Source: a virus
IMG/VR virus record: IMGVR_UViG_3300025009_000007
DNA: 64,000 nt
Reading direction: 5' to 3' (one strand)
The notes beneath the pieces are model-generated. The model made no database searches. It saw only the letters and a program-made list of their open reading frames with translations, and was not told the origin of the DNA. A program made the position numbers and the translations under genes. Below are positions 25,927 to 35,636 of the stretch, one piece after another (position 1 is the first letter of the stretch; each line of letters starts with the position of its first letter).

Positions 25927-26434
25927 TACTTATAGCGTAATCATTCCACAATTCATCACACACATTGCAAAGACAGATAATAAGAAAGCTCCCAACAAAT
26001 TCATTAAAATTAATAATCAACTAATTTACAATTCAAATCTTAATAGGTTTGCTCGTAACGTAGTTGTTAATAATTTACATGAATATCTAATTGACAATAT
26101 CAATAAACATATAATTTGTAAATTTGATGATCCACCTTACCAAATTTCTCTTGACATATATGTTCCCATTAACTATGGGGATGTAGCAAGAAGGAATCTA
26201 AAAGATAAGGGATGGACTATTTGTTGGAAGGAACCGGATGAAAACTATAAGGCTACCTGGGATATAGGTAATCTTGGTGAGCTATGGTTAAAAACCTTTG
26301 AAGATGCTTTACAATTAAGTGGTGTCTTGCCAAATGATAGTGTTGACTTCGTTAAGTCACATGGGCCTATTACATTTTATCCTATTAATCATATAGACGA
26401 TAGGTTATTAGAATTTAAAATTAAAACAGTTTAA
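25910..26434 (+). CDS. RusA-like Holliday-junction resolvase (tentative)
   Basis: The ATG at 25910 lies within ORF 25835-26434. WDIGNLGELWLKTFEDALQLSGVLPNDSV parallels RusA D-x-D-N...K...DAL...G...DD. Confidence 0.4.
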   Translation: MRKLTSTYSVIIPQFITHIAKTDNKKAPNKFIKINNQLIYNSNLNRFARNVVVNNLHEYLIDNINKHIICKFDDPPYQISLDIYVPINYGDVARRNLKDKGWTICWKEPDENYKATWDIGNLGELWLKTFEDALQLSGVLPNDSVDFVKSHGPITFYPINHIDDRLLEFKIKTV

Positions 26435-26448
26435 TAAATAAGGTAAAA

Positions 26449-27243
26449 ATGCATAATATATATAAAATATTAGAGAAAGTATATACTAATGATTCATTAC
26501 GAAAAACTATTGTTCCTTTATTTATAGGTAATCCAGGAGTAGGTAAAACTGTAGTAATAGAGCAATTCGCTGAGGATAAAGGAGTTAAAATAGTAGAATT
26601 AATAACTTCTCAAATGTCTCCATTTGAAATATCAGGTATTGCTATGCCTGACAAAGATAGTAAAAAGATGACATACTTTAATTTTGATAAATTGGAGAAT
26701 TTAGAGGATGGAGACATATTATTTTTTGATGAACTATTAAATGGAAACCCTGTAGTGTTAAATGCATGTTTAACAATACTTGAACAGAGAAGATTTATTT
26801 CTGGTAAACCTTTACCTAACATAATGATTGTTGCTGCAGCTAATCCTCAAGGAATGGCTCCATTAACACCTCAAATTAAGGAGAGGTTTGTGTGGTATAA
26901 TGTAACATTTAATGACGCGATGTGGGTTAAATATATGTTTAAAAAATACTCATTAGTACTACCTATAACGCGTAAATTAATGACTCTTATAAAGGCAGAG
27001 GACTTTACTACAAACAATTTTTGTACTCCAAGAAGTATAGATAAAGCTGTGAACATGATAATTAATGATGTTCCTACTCCTTATGAGCCAGTAGTTAAAC
27101 CTATTTTAGAAACATTGGTTGAGAATAAGAGTAAGAATGAAGTTAAATTAGAAGGGGATAGCAAAATGGCTCCTAATGAACAAATGTCTTGGCTACAATT
27201 AATTAGAATAAAAATGAAAAACGATGAAGTTACTAACAAGTAA
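26449..27243 (+). CDS. MoxR-like AAA+ ATPase
   Basis: Walker A GNPGVGKT. Walker B ILFFDELLN. Confidence 0.6.
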   Translation: MHNIYKILEKVYTNDSLRKTIVPLFIGNPGVGKTVVIEQFAEDKGVKIVELITSQMSPFEISGIAMPDKDSKKMTYFNFDKLENLEDGDILFFDELLNGNPVVLNACLTILEQRRFISGKPLPNIMIVAAANPQGMAPLTPQIKERFVWYNVTFNDAMWVKYMFKKYSLVLPITRKLMTLIKAEDFTTNNFCTPRSIDKAVNMIINDVPTPYEPVVKPILETLVENKSKNEVKLEGDSKMAPNEQMSWLQLIRIKMKNDEVTNK

Positions 27244-28249
27244 AAAGTTTAAACTCCCTACTCTCTATTTTATTACAGATAGAGAAGATATTAAGAAGTT
27301 ACCTATTGGGGTACCTTTTATATATGGGGATGAACATCTAGAACCTCAAATAATACAAATATTGGAATTTGAGATTTTATATGAAAAGGCACGCTCAAGT
27401 GGTCTACCTTTTAATTTTAAGAGAATCTTATTTGATGCTGGATATAGAGATTTACAAGACTTTTGGTGGAATCATACTGTGTATATTGACTATGCTACTG
27501 AAGAAGGTAGTGAAAGTTCATATTTCACACAAGATAAAGTTATTGGAAAAGACAAATCTTTATTTAGACAATTTATAAGAGACTCTGCAGTTTATGTAGA
27601 TATTAGAAAGATTAAGAATCTTAATATCTTCCCGTTATGGTTAGACAAGATTGAAGATGCTATACGTACAAACATTCATAATTTTGCTGTATACAATGTA
27701 AATATGTACAACAAGAAGTTAGAAGGTATGTATGGTGCATTAGAATTAGTTGCACCAGATAGAAATCTTATAATTATTGATATCTCTGGAAGTATACCTA
27801 AAGCTGTATCTTCCACTTGCTTAGCATTAAGTAAAAGTTTAGCAGAAACTTTTTATGCTGATTTACTGATAACAGGAAGTAAATCTACATTATATGCTTA
27901 TGAAAATTTGCAAAAATTAAATGTAGATACTATTTACTCAGAAAATGAAATGGATAATGACCAAGTTTACTTTATGAAGTTATTAACCAGTGACATAAAG
28001 AGTTATAAAACAGCTATAGTATTTGGAGATAATCATCATCCAGGAAGTAAATGGAATAATCTTTACAATAAAGGCACTAGAAATATTAGTGATGCAGATG
28101 GTAAAAAGATGTGTAAATGGAAGATAGATAAAGTAATATCTTTTCATACAAAATCTAATGAAATAATAGCTGGTTATGCCCGTTGGTTTGATGTTGAGAA
28201 AAGAAATGTAGAACACATTAAAGATTGGGTAAAATACTTAAATCATTAA
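27224..28249 (+). CDS. VWA-domain protein partnered with the AAA+ ATPase
   Basis: MIDAS DxSxS in LIIIDISGSIP. Overlaps the end of the AAA+ gene. Confidence 0.5.
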   Translation: MKLLTSKKFKLPTLYFITDREDIKKLPIGVPFIYGDEHLEPQIIQILEFEILYEKARSSGLPFNFKRILFDAGYRDLQDFWWNHTVYIDYATEEGSESSYFTQDKVIGKDKSLFRQFIRDSAVYVDIRKIKNLNIFPLWLDKIEDAIRTNIHNFAVYNVNMYNKKLEGMYGALELVAPDRNLIIIDISGSIPKAVSSTCLALSKSLAETFYADLLITGSKSTLYAYENLQKLNVDTIYSENEMDNDQVYFMKLLTSDIKSYKTAIVFGDNHHPGSKWNNLYNKGTRNISDADGKKMCKWKIDKVISFHTKSNEIIAGYARWFDVEKRNVEHIKDWVKYLNH

Positions 28250-28251
28250 CA

Positions 28252-28434
28252 ATGAATGAATTATTATGGTGGGGATATAAACATGTTTCTGGGACTTATC
28301 AAGCAAAAAGGTATTTTGACAAACAAGATACAGATGAAGCCGAGCAAAGTCCTTTTGTAGAATAAGTAGTTTACCCCTTCAAAGCTGAATCAAGAGATGA
28401 AGCGTTAGAATATATTAAAAAGCAAACAAATTAA
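28252..28434 (+). pseudogene. small conserved-looking ORF interrupted by an in-frame TAA (28363-28365)
   Basis: MNELLWWGYKHVSGTYQAKRYFDKQDTDEAEQSPFVE-TAA-VVYPFKAESRDEALEYIKKQTN. Both halves share one frame and read as a single small domain. Confidence 0.4.
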
Positions 28435-28455
28435 TAATTAAATTAAATTAAAATT

Positions 28456-28950
28456 ATGAAAAAAACATTTGTAAAAAAAGGACAATTAGTATTAGTTAAT
28501 GGCGGTTATTTAACGACAGGAAAAGAGGAAACTCCAGTATTTAATGAAGACTTCTTTTTAGCACAAAAAGCTGCTCAGTGGGTAGTAACTTTCGCTGCAA
28601 AAGCTAAAGGTAAGGACTTCAATGGTAAAATGCCAGATTCTATTGAAGATGTTAGAAATGAAGTTGAAGATATTTTATCAAAATCGGATACTCAGTATGT
28701 GAAAATGCCTAAAGCAGTAAAACTTGAATTACATGATAAATTACAAGCTGAAGCATTAGCTTTTATCAAACATGATGATGAAGTTTCAAAGACTGAGAAG
28801 ATTAATGCATTCTTACAACAATTCAATGTTATTCAAGAATTTGAAGATTTTGGATTATATTTTGAAGAAGATATTTGCAAACTTAGTAATATCTATACAA
28901 TTAAAGAAATTGTAGATGCTGTTACATTAGTAGTTGATATTATAGAATAA
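28456..28950 (+). CDS. hypothetical protein (164 aa)
   Basis: ORF track. Confidence 0.6.
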   Translation: MKKTFVKKGQLVLVNGGYLTTGKEETPVFNEDFFLAQKAAQWVVTFAAKAKGKDFNGKMPDSIEDVRNEVEDILSKSDTQYVKMPKAVKLELHDKLQAEALAFIKHDDEVSKTEKINAFLQQFNVIQEFEDFGLYFEEDICKLSNIYTIKEIVDAVTLVVDIIE

Positions 28951-28953
28951 ATC

Positions 28954-29133
28954 GTGAGTAAATTTGTAAAAGTACCACTATCTGTTTATATTGATTTAGA
29001 AACAGATAGTAGGGAATTAGCAGAATTAGAATCATGGGGAGTTGATAATTGGTCTGGATATGAAGAGTGTTCTTCAAGAGAAGACTTAGAAATTACAGAA
29101 GACAAAATTTCCTATGAAATAATTGAAGAATAA
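28954..29133 (+). CDS. possible small acidic ORF (59 aa, GTG start)
   Basis: Hand-translated as VSKFVKVPLSVYIDLETDSRELAELESWGVDNWSGYEE... Fills the gap before the terminator. Confidence 0.35.
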   Translation: MSKFVKVPLSVYIDLETDSRELAELESWGVDNWSGYEECSSREDLEITEDKISYEIIEE

Positions 29134-29153
29134 TTATTATTAATTTTAATATA

Positions 29154-29186
29154 AAGGGCAGATAGAAAATATCTGCTCTTTTTTTA
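29154..29186 (+). terminator. rho-independent terminator
   Basis: An 11-bp stem, 29154-29164 with 29170-29180 (one G-U pair), closes a GAAAA loop and runs into a T tract ending at 29186. Confidence 0.7.
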
Positions 29187-29194
29187 CTTAAATT

Positions 29195-29944
29195 ATGGAA
29201 GAACACGTAAAATATATAATAGAATATTTAAAAAAGCAACCTATTAAAGGATGTATTACTGGAAGTTGCCTCTTAGGATACTTTGAAGGTCAAGATGTAG
29301 ACTTATTTGTCTATGACGAAAAATCACTTAATAAAATACTATTCAATTTACATTATAATAAGGATTTCCTCATTTTGGATCCTTTAGAACAATGGAAATT
29401 AGATCAATTCTTAAATAAGGAGTATGGTAATAAAACTTCTTTTGGAATTACAACTCTTAAATTTGTTTATAATACATGTATTCCAGTTAATATAACCTTC
29501 AAAAAAGGTTGTAGTAATATATTTTCAGTATTATCATCTTTTGACTTAGATATAATATGTAGAGGATATGATATACAAACTAGACAGTATTTGGATTTGT
29601 CGGAGAACCTTCCTGACAAACACGCTACCTGGAACAAATGGAATACTAATTTCTATGATCCAGAATTATGGCAAATCAGTAGAATTTTAAAACAATTACA
29701 AAGAGTAATTAAGTATTACAAAAGAGGCTATAATACTGATGCAGTGTGTGTTAAATATATAGAGTTAATAGATGAAGTACAAAAGTTTCAGAATATTTTT
29801 AACTCTGACAATTTTAGTGAGAAACTGAAGATTAGGAAAAGTAACACTAAAATTGTTAAAGACATCTGTCAAATCTGGTTGAAAACACATGAGATATCAG
29901 AGGCACAATTGGAATTATTAAATGAAAAAATTAAAGAAATATAA
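29195..29944 (+). CDS. nucleotidyltransferase-fold protein (Pol-beta superfamily, tentative)
   Basis: TGSCLLGYFEGQDVDLF fits the G-S...D-x-D signature. A later SFDLDI could supply the third carboxylate. Confidence 0.45.
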   Translation: MEEHVKYIIEYLKKQPIKGCITGSCLLGYFEGQDVDLFVYDEKSLNKILFNLHYNKDFLILDPLEQWKLDQFLNKEYGNKTSFGITTLKFVYNTCIPVNITFKKGCSNIFSVLSSFDLDIICRGYDIQTRQYLDLSENLPDKHATWNKWNTNFYDPELWQISRILKQLQRVIKYYKRGYNTDAVCVKYIELIDEVQKFQNIFNSDNFSEKLKIRKSNTKIVKDICQIWLKTHEISEAQLELLNEKIKEI

Positions 29945-29945
29945 T

Positions 29946-30137
29946 ATGACATTAACAATAGATCAACTTTTGCAGGCACTGCAAAATCCAGAGAAATCCG
30001 CTTCATTAGAGAATAGTAAAGATACTTGGGCTAGAATAGGAAGTAAAAACGACTTTGCAGAACTTGGACTAGAAAGAAGTGAATTAGATCAATTCTTAGC
30101 AGAATGGATCTCGGAAAATCCTTATAATAATCTGTAA
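29946..30137 (+). CDS. hypothetical protein (start refined to MTLTIDQL)
   Basis: ORF 29922-30137 in the track. ATG at 29946. Confidence 0.45.
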   Translation: MTLTIDQLLQALQNPEKSASLENSKDTWARIGSKNDFAELGLERSELDQFLAEWISENPYNNL

Positions 30138-30148
30138 ATCAATATATT

Positions 30149-30442
30149 ATGACAAAAGCAATAATAAATAAAGTAAAAAGATTCATAAAAGATAATGATC
30201 TAAAATTTGAAGGAGTGGGTAGTGAATTAAACAGTAATTGTGCTATATTAGCAGGATTTATGTGTTATATTCTTACAGAGAATGATATGGAATATGTTGA
30301 TGAAGGCTATAAAATTACAAGTGCATTAGATCTTTCCGCAAATGCTAGTAAAGAACTTAAGAATGTATTTTACTACGCATTTTATAATAATTATAAAGAG
30401 TTTTGGACAACAGATGATGCAAGTAAACAATACGTTTTCTAA
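30149..30442 (+). CDS. hypothetical protein (97 aa)
   Basis: ORF track. Confidence 0.5.
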   Translation: MTKAIINKVKRFIKDNDLKFEGVGSELNSNCAILAGFMCYILTENDMEYVDEGYKITSALDLSANASKELKNVFYYAFYNNYKEFWTTDDASKQYVF

Positions 30443-30444
30443 TT

Positions 30445-30942
30445 ATGAGAAGCTTTTTATTAAAGAATAACGAGCCTATTATTAAATGGGGACTTTTAAC
30501 GGATGGAACTATGTACCATGGGAAAATACCAGAAGGTTATGATCTAGCCGTTAATCCCCATCGTCCTTATATAATAGTTGATGTTGATAGACATGGTAAA
30601 AAAGATGGATTTCTAAATATACCAGAACATTTAAAAGATGAATTAGATTCTACTTTTAATTATCCTACAAAACATAATGGCAGACATTACTGGTTTTATT
30701 ATACTGGAGATAAGTTCCTGATAAATAAAGCTAGTAACCTGGGTATAGATTTGAGAACTGGAAATAAAAGGTATAATGCTAAGGAATGGACTAATGGAGG
30801 ATATGTAAAGTGGCATCCTAGAAACAATATGAATATCATAGATGTTCTGGATCAAGTAAAACGTTCTTCTCCAGAATTAAATAAATGGTTAGAAGAATTA
30901 TTTTGTAGTAAAATTAAGAAAGGTAAAAAAATTCATGAATAA
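30445..30942 (+). CDS. small AEP-type primase-polymerase (Prim-Pol) domain protein
   Basis: DxD in IIVDVDRHG. sGxGxH-like KHNGRHYWF. hD in GIDLRTG. Confidence 0.5.
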   Translation: MRSFLLKNNEPIIKWGLLTDGTMYHGKIPEGYDLAVNPHRPYIIVDVDRHGKKDGFLNIPEHLKDELDSTFNYPTKHNGRHYWFYYTGDKFLINKASNLGIDLRTGNKRYNAKEWTNGGYVKWHPRNNMNIIDVLDQVKRSSPELNKWLEELFCSKIKKGKKIHE

Positions 30943-31861
30943 ATTAGCAATAATAGATGGTGATGGGTTAATATATCAATCATCAAAGGAATCTCTCATG
31001 GAATCAATAGATATTCTGGATGCAAAAATTCAGAATATCTTTGACCAAACTCAAGCAACACACTATGTAATTTTCATCTCATTTACACCCTATTTTAGAC
31101 ACTCTATTGACCCCAATTATAAGATTGGTAGAAATAAGTATCCTCAACCTTTAAAGTGGTTAAAGAGCTTAAAATCGTACTTAATCGAAGAATATGGTGC
31201 TCAGTCTATGAAAAATGTAGAAGCCGATGATTTATGTGCGTATTGGATAAGTAAAAATCTAGATTTTGATTTACCAATTGATTCATCTGAAGAAACAATA
31301 AGTAAAATTATTGAATTAACAGATCAAGAAAGATTTCAAGAAGCTTTTAAATTAGGATTATCTAGTAGTATTACAAAAGTTATTATAGAAAAAATATTAT
31401 GTAGTCCAGATAAAGATTTATTACAATCTATTCCAGGCAGGCATTTTAATTATACTTATAAATTAGAAGATAAGACTAATCCTGAAAGTGTAATTAAAGG
31501 TTGGTGGGTTGAAAATAATAGTGAAAACTCTTATGTAACTTTCTGGAAATCAATGATTTGTGGGGATGCAACTGATGGAATCAAAGGTATTGAAGGAAGA
31601 GGAATTTCATTTGCAGACAAATTATATGATTCTTTAGACAAAAAAGATGTATTTAGGACTATTATTTTAAATGAATATTGTTTAAAATACGGTCAATCTC
31701 AAGGTATATTTGAATTCCAAAAGAATTATAGATTACTTCGTTTGTTAAATTGCGATCAAGATTTTATAAGAGAAATTGGTAAGTTACCAGAATTTCCAGC
31801 AATTAAAGAAATTGAAAGGGAACGAGGAATAACTATTGTTGAGGTTCCTAACAAATTTTAA
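30935..31861 (+). CDS. 5'-3' exonuclease / flap endonuclease (FEN, T4 RNase H family)
   Basis: N-terminal AIIDGDGLIY. H3TH-like CGDATDGIKGIEGRG. Confidence 0.75.
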   Translation: MNKLAIIDGDGLIYQSSKESLMESIDILDAKIQNIFDQTQATHYVIFISFTPYFRHSIDPNYKIGRNKYPQPLKWLKSLKSYLIEEYGAQSMKNVEADDLCAYWISKNLDFDLPIDSSEETISKIIELTDQERFQEAFKLGLSSSITKVIIEKILCSPDKDLLQSIPGRHFNYTYKLEDKTNPESVIKGWWVENNSENSYVTFWKSMICGDATDGIKGIEGRGISFADKLYDSLDKKDVFRTIILNEYCLKYGQSQGIFEFQKNYRLLRLLNCDQDFIREIGKLPEFPAIKEIERERGITIVEVPNKF

Positions 31862-31864
31862 TAT

Positions 31865-32638
31865 ATGATAGTTGAATTAAAAGAAGACAAAATAATAGAT
31901 TTATCAATACATAATGGAAGAGTATTTCTTTTAACAACTGAACCATCTCAAGTAAAGATTAGCAAGATTTTAGACATAATTACAGAATTAGAATTTACAA
32001 CAAATTTCTTTATAAAGCAAGGGGACGTATTTCCTTTAATATCAGAATGTGACACGAAAACAGTATTCAGAATTAAAACTATTAATCTAGTTTCGGAATC
32101 AAAGAAAGAGTTAATTTTTAGTATTTCGTGTGACAGAATCAATAAAACATCTCATTGGATATTACCTTTTATAGGAAAGAATGAAGGTTATTTCGGGTAT
32201 GATACCGTTATGATTAATTCCTATATTAGGACTAATATTCCAGAACTGTCTATGTACAACAACAATGGGTACGTGTTTGTGAGATATAGATATTTAAAGG
32301 ATTACGCTCCCTTCTTTACAAATTTGAGGGAAAGTACTAACTTTGTAGAATTAGATAGATATTTCAATAATTTTGAATATTTATATGTGTTTAAAATTCC
32401 TGATATATTTCTTGAAGATACTCAGTTAATAATAGACGGAGATTATTCTATTATATCTAGTAAGTCTAAACAAAAGATTCTATCATTTCATAATTTAGAC
32501 AGAACCGGTAAAACTTTTAATATTCTTTATAAAACTAAAGAGTATGAAGAAGAATTGCGAATGGATTTGAAAATTAATTGTGATATGATGGAATTAGAAT
32601 CAAAATTTAATATAAACTCTGAAACGTTAAATAAATGA
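31865..32638 (+). CDS. hypothetical protein (257 aa)
   Basis: ORF track. Confidence 0.6.
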   Translation: MIVELKEDKIIDLSIHNGRVFLLTTEPSQVKISKILDIITELEFTTNFFIKQGDVFPLISECDTKTVFRIKTINLVSESKKELIFSISCDRINKTSHWILPFIGKNEGYFGYDTVMINSYIRTNIPELSMYNNNGYVFVRYRYLKDYAPFFTNLRESTNFVELDRYFNNFEYLYVFKIPDIFLEDTQLIIDGDYSIISSKSKQKILSFHNLDRTGKTFNILYKTKEYEEELRMDLKINCDMMELESKFNINSETLNK

Positions 32639-33315
32639 ATTTGCAGCAAACATTCGGAAGTTGGTACGAACCCCTGAAGGAATTCCTAAATTCTCAACAA
32701 ATGTATGAGATTTCAAAACAACTCATGCAGGAGAGAAATGAATATATGGTTATTCCTCCAGAAGGTTCAGAACTGTTCTTTAAAGTATTTCAGGTTACAG
32801 ACTATAACTCATTGAAGGTCATAGTGTTAGCTCAGGACCCATACTCTAATCCTGTAAATGCTTATGATGGATTAGCATTCAGTAACTCAACATTACATAA
32901 AGCTCAACCATCTTTATCCAATATACTTGAAGAAGTGGAAGATGATATATATGATGGATTTGCATTGGAAAGAGTTGCTAATATTAGTCTATTTGGATGG
33001 GCGGAACAAGGAGTTTTACTTCTTAATACTGCATTATCTGTAAGATGGAATCAACCTGAATCACATCTTCATATATGGCAACCCTTCACTAAAGCAGTAG
33101 TTGAAGCTATTAACAAGAAGAATGATATTGTATGGATGTTATGGGGCAATAAAGCAGCTAATTATAAGAAGTTAATAACCAATCCTTCTCATGCTATTAT
33201 TGCTGTCGGGCACCCGAGTCCTCTCAACACTGCTAATCCTTTCAAGGGTTGCAAATGTTTTAGTAAGTGTAACTTTGAATTACAAATTAGAAATAAGGAA
33301 ATTGTGGTATGGTAG
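32635..33315 (+). CDS. ung: uracil-DNA glycosylase, family 1
   Basis: Catalytic motif LAQDPY (GQDPY-type). HPSPLN (HPSPLS-type) near the C-terminus. Confidence 0.85.
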   Translation: MNLQQTFGSWYEPLKEFLNSQQMYEISKQLMQERNEYMVIPPEGSELFFKVFQVTDYNSLKVIVLAQDPYSNPVNAYDGLAFSNSTLHKAQPSLSNILEEVEDDIYDGFALERVANISLFGWAEQGVLLLNTALSVRWNQPESHLHIWQPFTKAVVEAINKKNDIVWMLWGNKAANYKKLITNPSHAIIAVGHPSPLNTANPFKGCKCFSKCNFELQIRNKEIVVW

Positions 33316-33593
33316 TAAAGACAGCAGACCAATTTAATACTAAGTATAAGGATTACTTAGATGGTAGACATTATGGATGTGCTATTACAAATGAAAAGGC
33401 TATTGCTTATTTAGACAGTAAATTTCAGGAATTTATCAAAGTTCCTGGATTTAAGTTCCAGCAAATAAAATCAAAATTTCACTATTATTGCTTTTATTGT
33501 GACGAACTGTCAGATGATGCTGTAGTTGAAGTTGAACAAGAATTAAAACGAATTATTGATGAAGACAATCAAAACAGCAAAACAAATATTTGA
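33309..33593 (+). CDS. hypothetical protein (94 aa)
   Basis: ORF track. Confidence 0.5.
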   Translation: MVVKTADQFNTKYKDYLDGRHYGCAITNEKAIAYLDSKFQEFIKVPGFKFQQIKSKFHYYCFYCDELSDDAVVEVEQELKRIIDEDNQNSKTNI

Positions 33594-33819
33594 TGAAGAA
33601 CTATCTGGTGAACCATTAACTGAAGATAGTGTTATTGAAGTTATTAAATTTGCTCAGAAAGATGCCATTAGAAAAACTGTTAAAGAGTGTGCTGAAAATG
33701 CTTATTGTGATATGATACACCCGCCGGATGAGGATTATCCAGAATTAGAAGAATCTGAATATATGGTAGTGAAATCTTCAATTCTCTCAGTAGCAGATAA
33801 ATTAATTAAAGAATTATAA
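33556..33819 (+). CDS. hypothetical protein (87 aa)
   Basis: ORF track. Confidence 0.5.
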   Translation: MMKTIKTAKQIFDEELSGEPLTEDSVIEVIKFAQKDAIRKTVKECAENAYCDMIHPPDEDYPELEESEYMVVKSSILSVADKLIKEL

Positions 33820-33990
33820 TATACAAACGTATCCCAAGAAAGAAAAAGAAGTTACTAAAGAAAATGTACAAACATAGATATGGATGCGACTAGTTAAAAT
33901 GTAATAATATTATACTTGAATACTATTGGTTTTTTGCAAATCCAAATAAATGGAGTATGAATAAAAATATTAGTAATAGAATTAAAAAAT

Positions 33991-34416
33991 ATGAAAAGAA
34001 TAATTATACTAATTAGCATAATGCTTCTTAGCATAATTGGCTTTAGTCAGAACTACATTAACCAGGATAAAGAATCTATTATCTTGGTTAAAGGTAGTCC
34101 TGATTTTAAAGTTGATATAACTGAGGAAGTATATTATATTGCTTATAAAGCAAATGAAACTAAATATGAGCTTTATTATTTTGATAAATCTAAAGTATGT
34201 TATATATATGCAGTAATAGACGACTACAGATATTTAACAGCAGATGTTAAAGATTTAAATGATAACTTTATAAAGCTTAATGAAACAACTTGGGAATATT
34301 ATATGAAAGATGGTAGATGTGTTGCTAAACTAACATATTTTAAATCCGGATTTTCAATATTATTTACAATGTTATATGAAAATAAAGTAAATGAATCTAT
34401 TAAAACCACATTATAA
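33991..34416 (+). CDS. secreted protein with N-terminal signal peptide
   Basis: MKRIIILISIMLLSIIGFSQ is signal-peptide-like. Confidence 0.55.
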   Translation: MKRIIILISIMLLSIIGFSQNYINQDKESIILVKGSPDFKVDITEEVYYIAYKANETKYELYYFDKSKVCYIYAVIDDYRYLTADVKDLNDNFIKLNETTWEYYMKDGRCVAKLTYFKSGFSILFTMLYENKVNESIKTTL

Positions 34417-34418
34417 GA

Positions 34419-34661
34419 ATGGGATTAGAATTAGATGAAAGAGCTTGTGCAAGTTGGTTACCAAATGTACAAAAAAGAGAGTTAAAAGAAGTGGTAGAAG
34501 TTGATCCAGTAGAACTAGCTAATCAAATTAAATGGTTAACTGCCGAGATTAAATTTAAGTCTAACCAGATTAAACAGAAGTTAGAAATACTGTATCAACT
34601 TAAGCCAACTAAAGAAGTCTATGATAGATTAGTTTCTTTAGAATTACTGTGTAATAATTAA
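34419..34661 (+). CDS. hypothetical protein (80 aa)
   Basis: ORF track. Confidence 0.5.
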   Translation: MGLELDERACASWLPNVQKRELKEVVEVDPVELANQIKWLTAEIKFKSNQIKQKLEILYQLKPTKEVYDRLVSLELLCNN

Positions 34662-34665
34662 ATTT

Positions 34666-34986
34666 ATGTATGAGATTGAAGAATTGATTAAGGAAGAAAA
34701 AGACTTATTAGATAAACTTTCACAAAACAGAAGTTTACAGGAGGGGTACAATACTATTTTATTTTGTCAAAAATATGGAATAAGAATAGGAGACACTATT
34801 AGCTTTAAAGAGAGAAATAAACTTGTTATTGGAGTAATTGATCATTTTAAGTATTCAGGAGTAACTGTATCTTATCCAATTGTACGATTATTTAATCAAG
34901 ATGGAAAAGTTGGTAAAAGAGAAGCACGTTGCTGGTATTCAAGTTTAGAAACAATAAAAGTAATTCCTAATACAACAAATTTATGA
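34666..34986 (+). CDS. hypothetical protein (106 aa)
   Basis: ORF track. Confidence 0.5.
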   Translation: MYEIEELIKEEKDLLDKLSQNRSLQEGYNTILFCQKYGIRIGDTISFKERNKLVIGVIDHFKYSGVTVSYPIVRLFNQDGKVGKREARCWYSSLETIKVIPNTTNL

Positions 34987-35636
34987 AAACATTATATAAG
35001 TTAGATACTAAAGGAAAATGCAGAATCTTACAAATAATTACAGAAGGTTCTAAAATTGTACAAGTTTCTGGATTATTGGATGGTGCAAAAACTACTAATT
35101 ATAGTGAATGTGTAGGCAAGAATATAGGTAGAAGTAATGAAACAACTCCTGAACAACAAGCTATATTAGAAGCTGAAAGCAAAATTACAGAGAGACTTAA
35201 GGAAGGATATTTTGAAACATTAGAAGAGGCTCAAGGTGGTGATGTAATTTTACCAATGTTAGCATTAGATATTAAGAAATTGAATGGTGATATAGATTGG
35301 ACTAATTGTTATGTTCAAAGGAAATATGACGGTCAAAGAGTTCTTGCCATAAAAAAGAACGGAAAAGTTAAACTTTTATCCAGAAGTGGTAGAGAAATAG
35401 TTACTTTACAACATATAGTTGAACAACTGGAAGAATTAGATATACCAGATAATATTTATGACGGAGAAGCCTTTAATTTGGAAGTAGGCTCTTTCCAAGA
35501 ACAAATGAAAAGTATTAAGAAATATACTAAAGGATTAACTGAAAAAGTTGATTATAACATATATGATATTATTTTAGATAAGCCTTTCAGAGAACGCTTT
35601 CAAATTTTAAAAACTATTTTTAATGAGAACGTGTAG
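34983..35636 (+). CDS. ATP-dependent DNA ligase, N-terminal fragment (motifs I, III, IIIa)
   Basis: Motif I KYDGQR, motif III IYDGEA, motif IIIa YNIYDI. The ORF stops between motifs IIIa and IV. Confidence 0.8.
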   Translation: MKTLYKLDTKGKCRILQIITEGSKIVQVSGLLDGAKTTNYSECVGKNIGRSNETTPEQQAILEAESKITERLKEGYFETLEEAQGGDVILPMLALDIKKLNGDIDWTNCYVQRKYDGQRVLAIKKNGKVKLLSRSGREIVTLQHIVEQLEELDIPDNIYDGEAFNLEVGSFQEQMKSIKKYTKGLTEKVDYNIYDIILDKPFRERFQILKTIFNENV

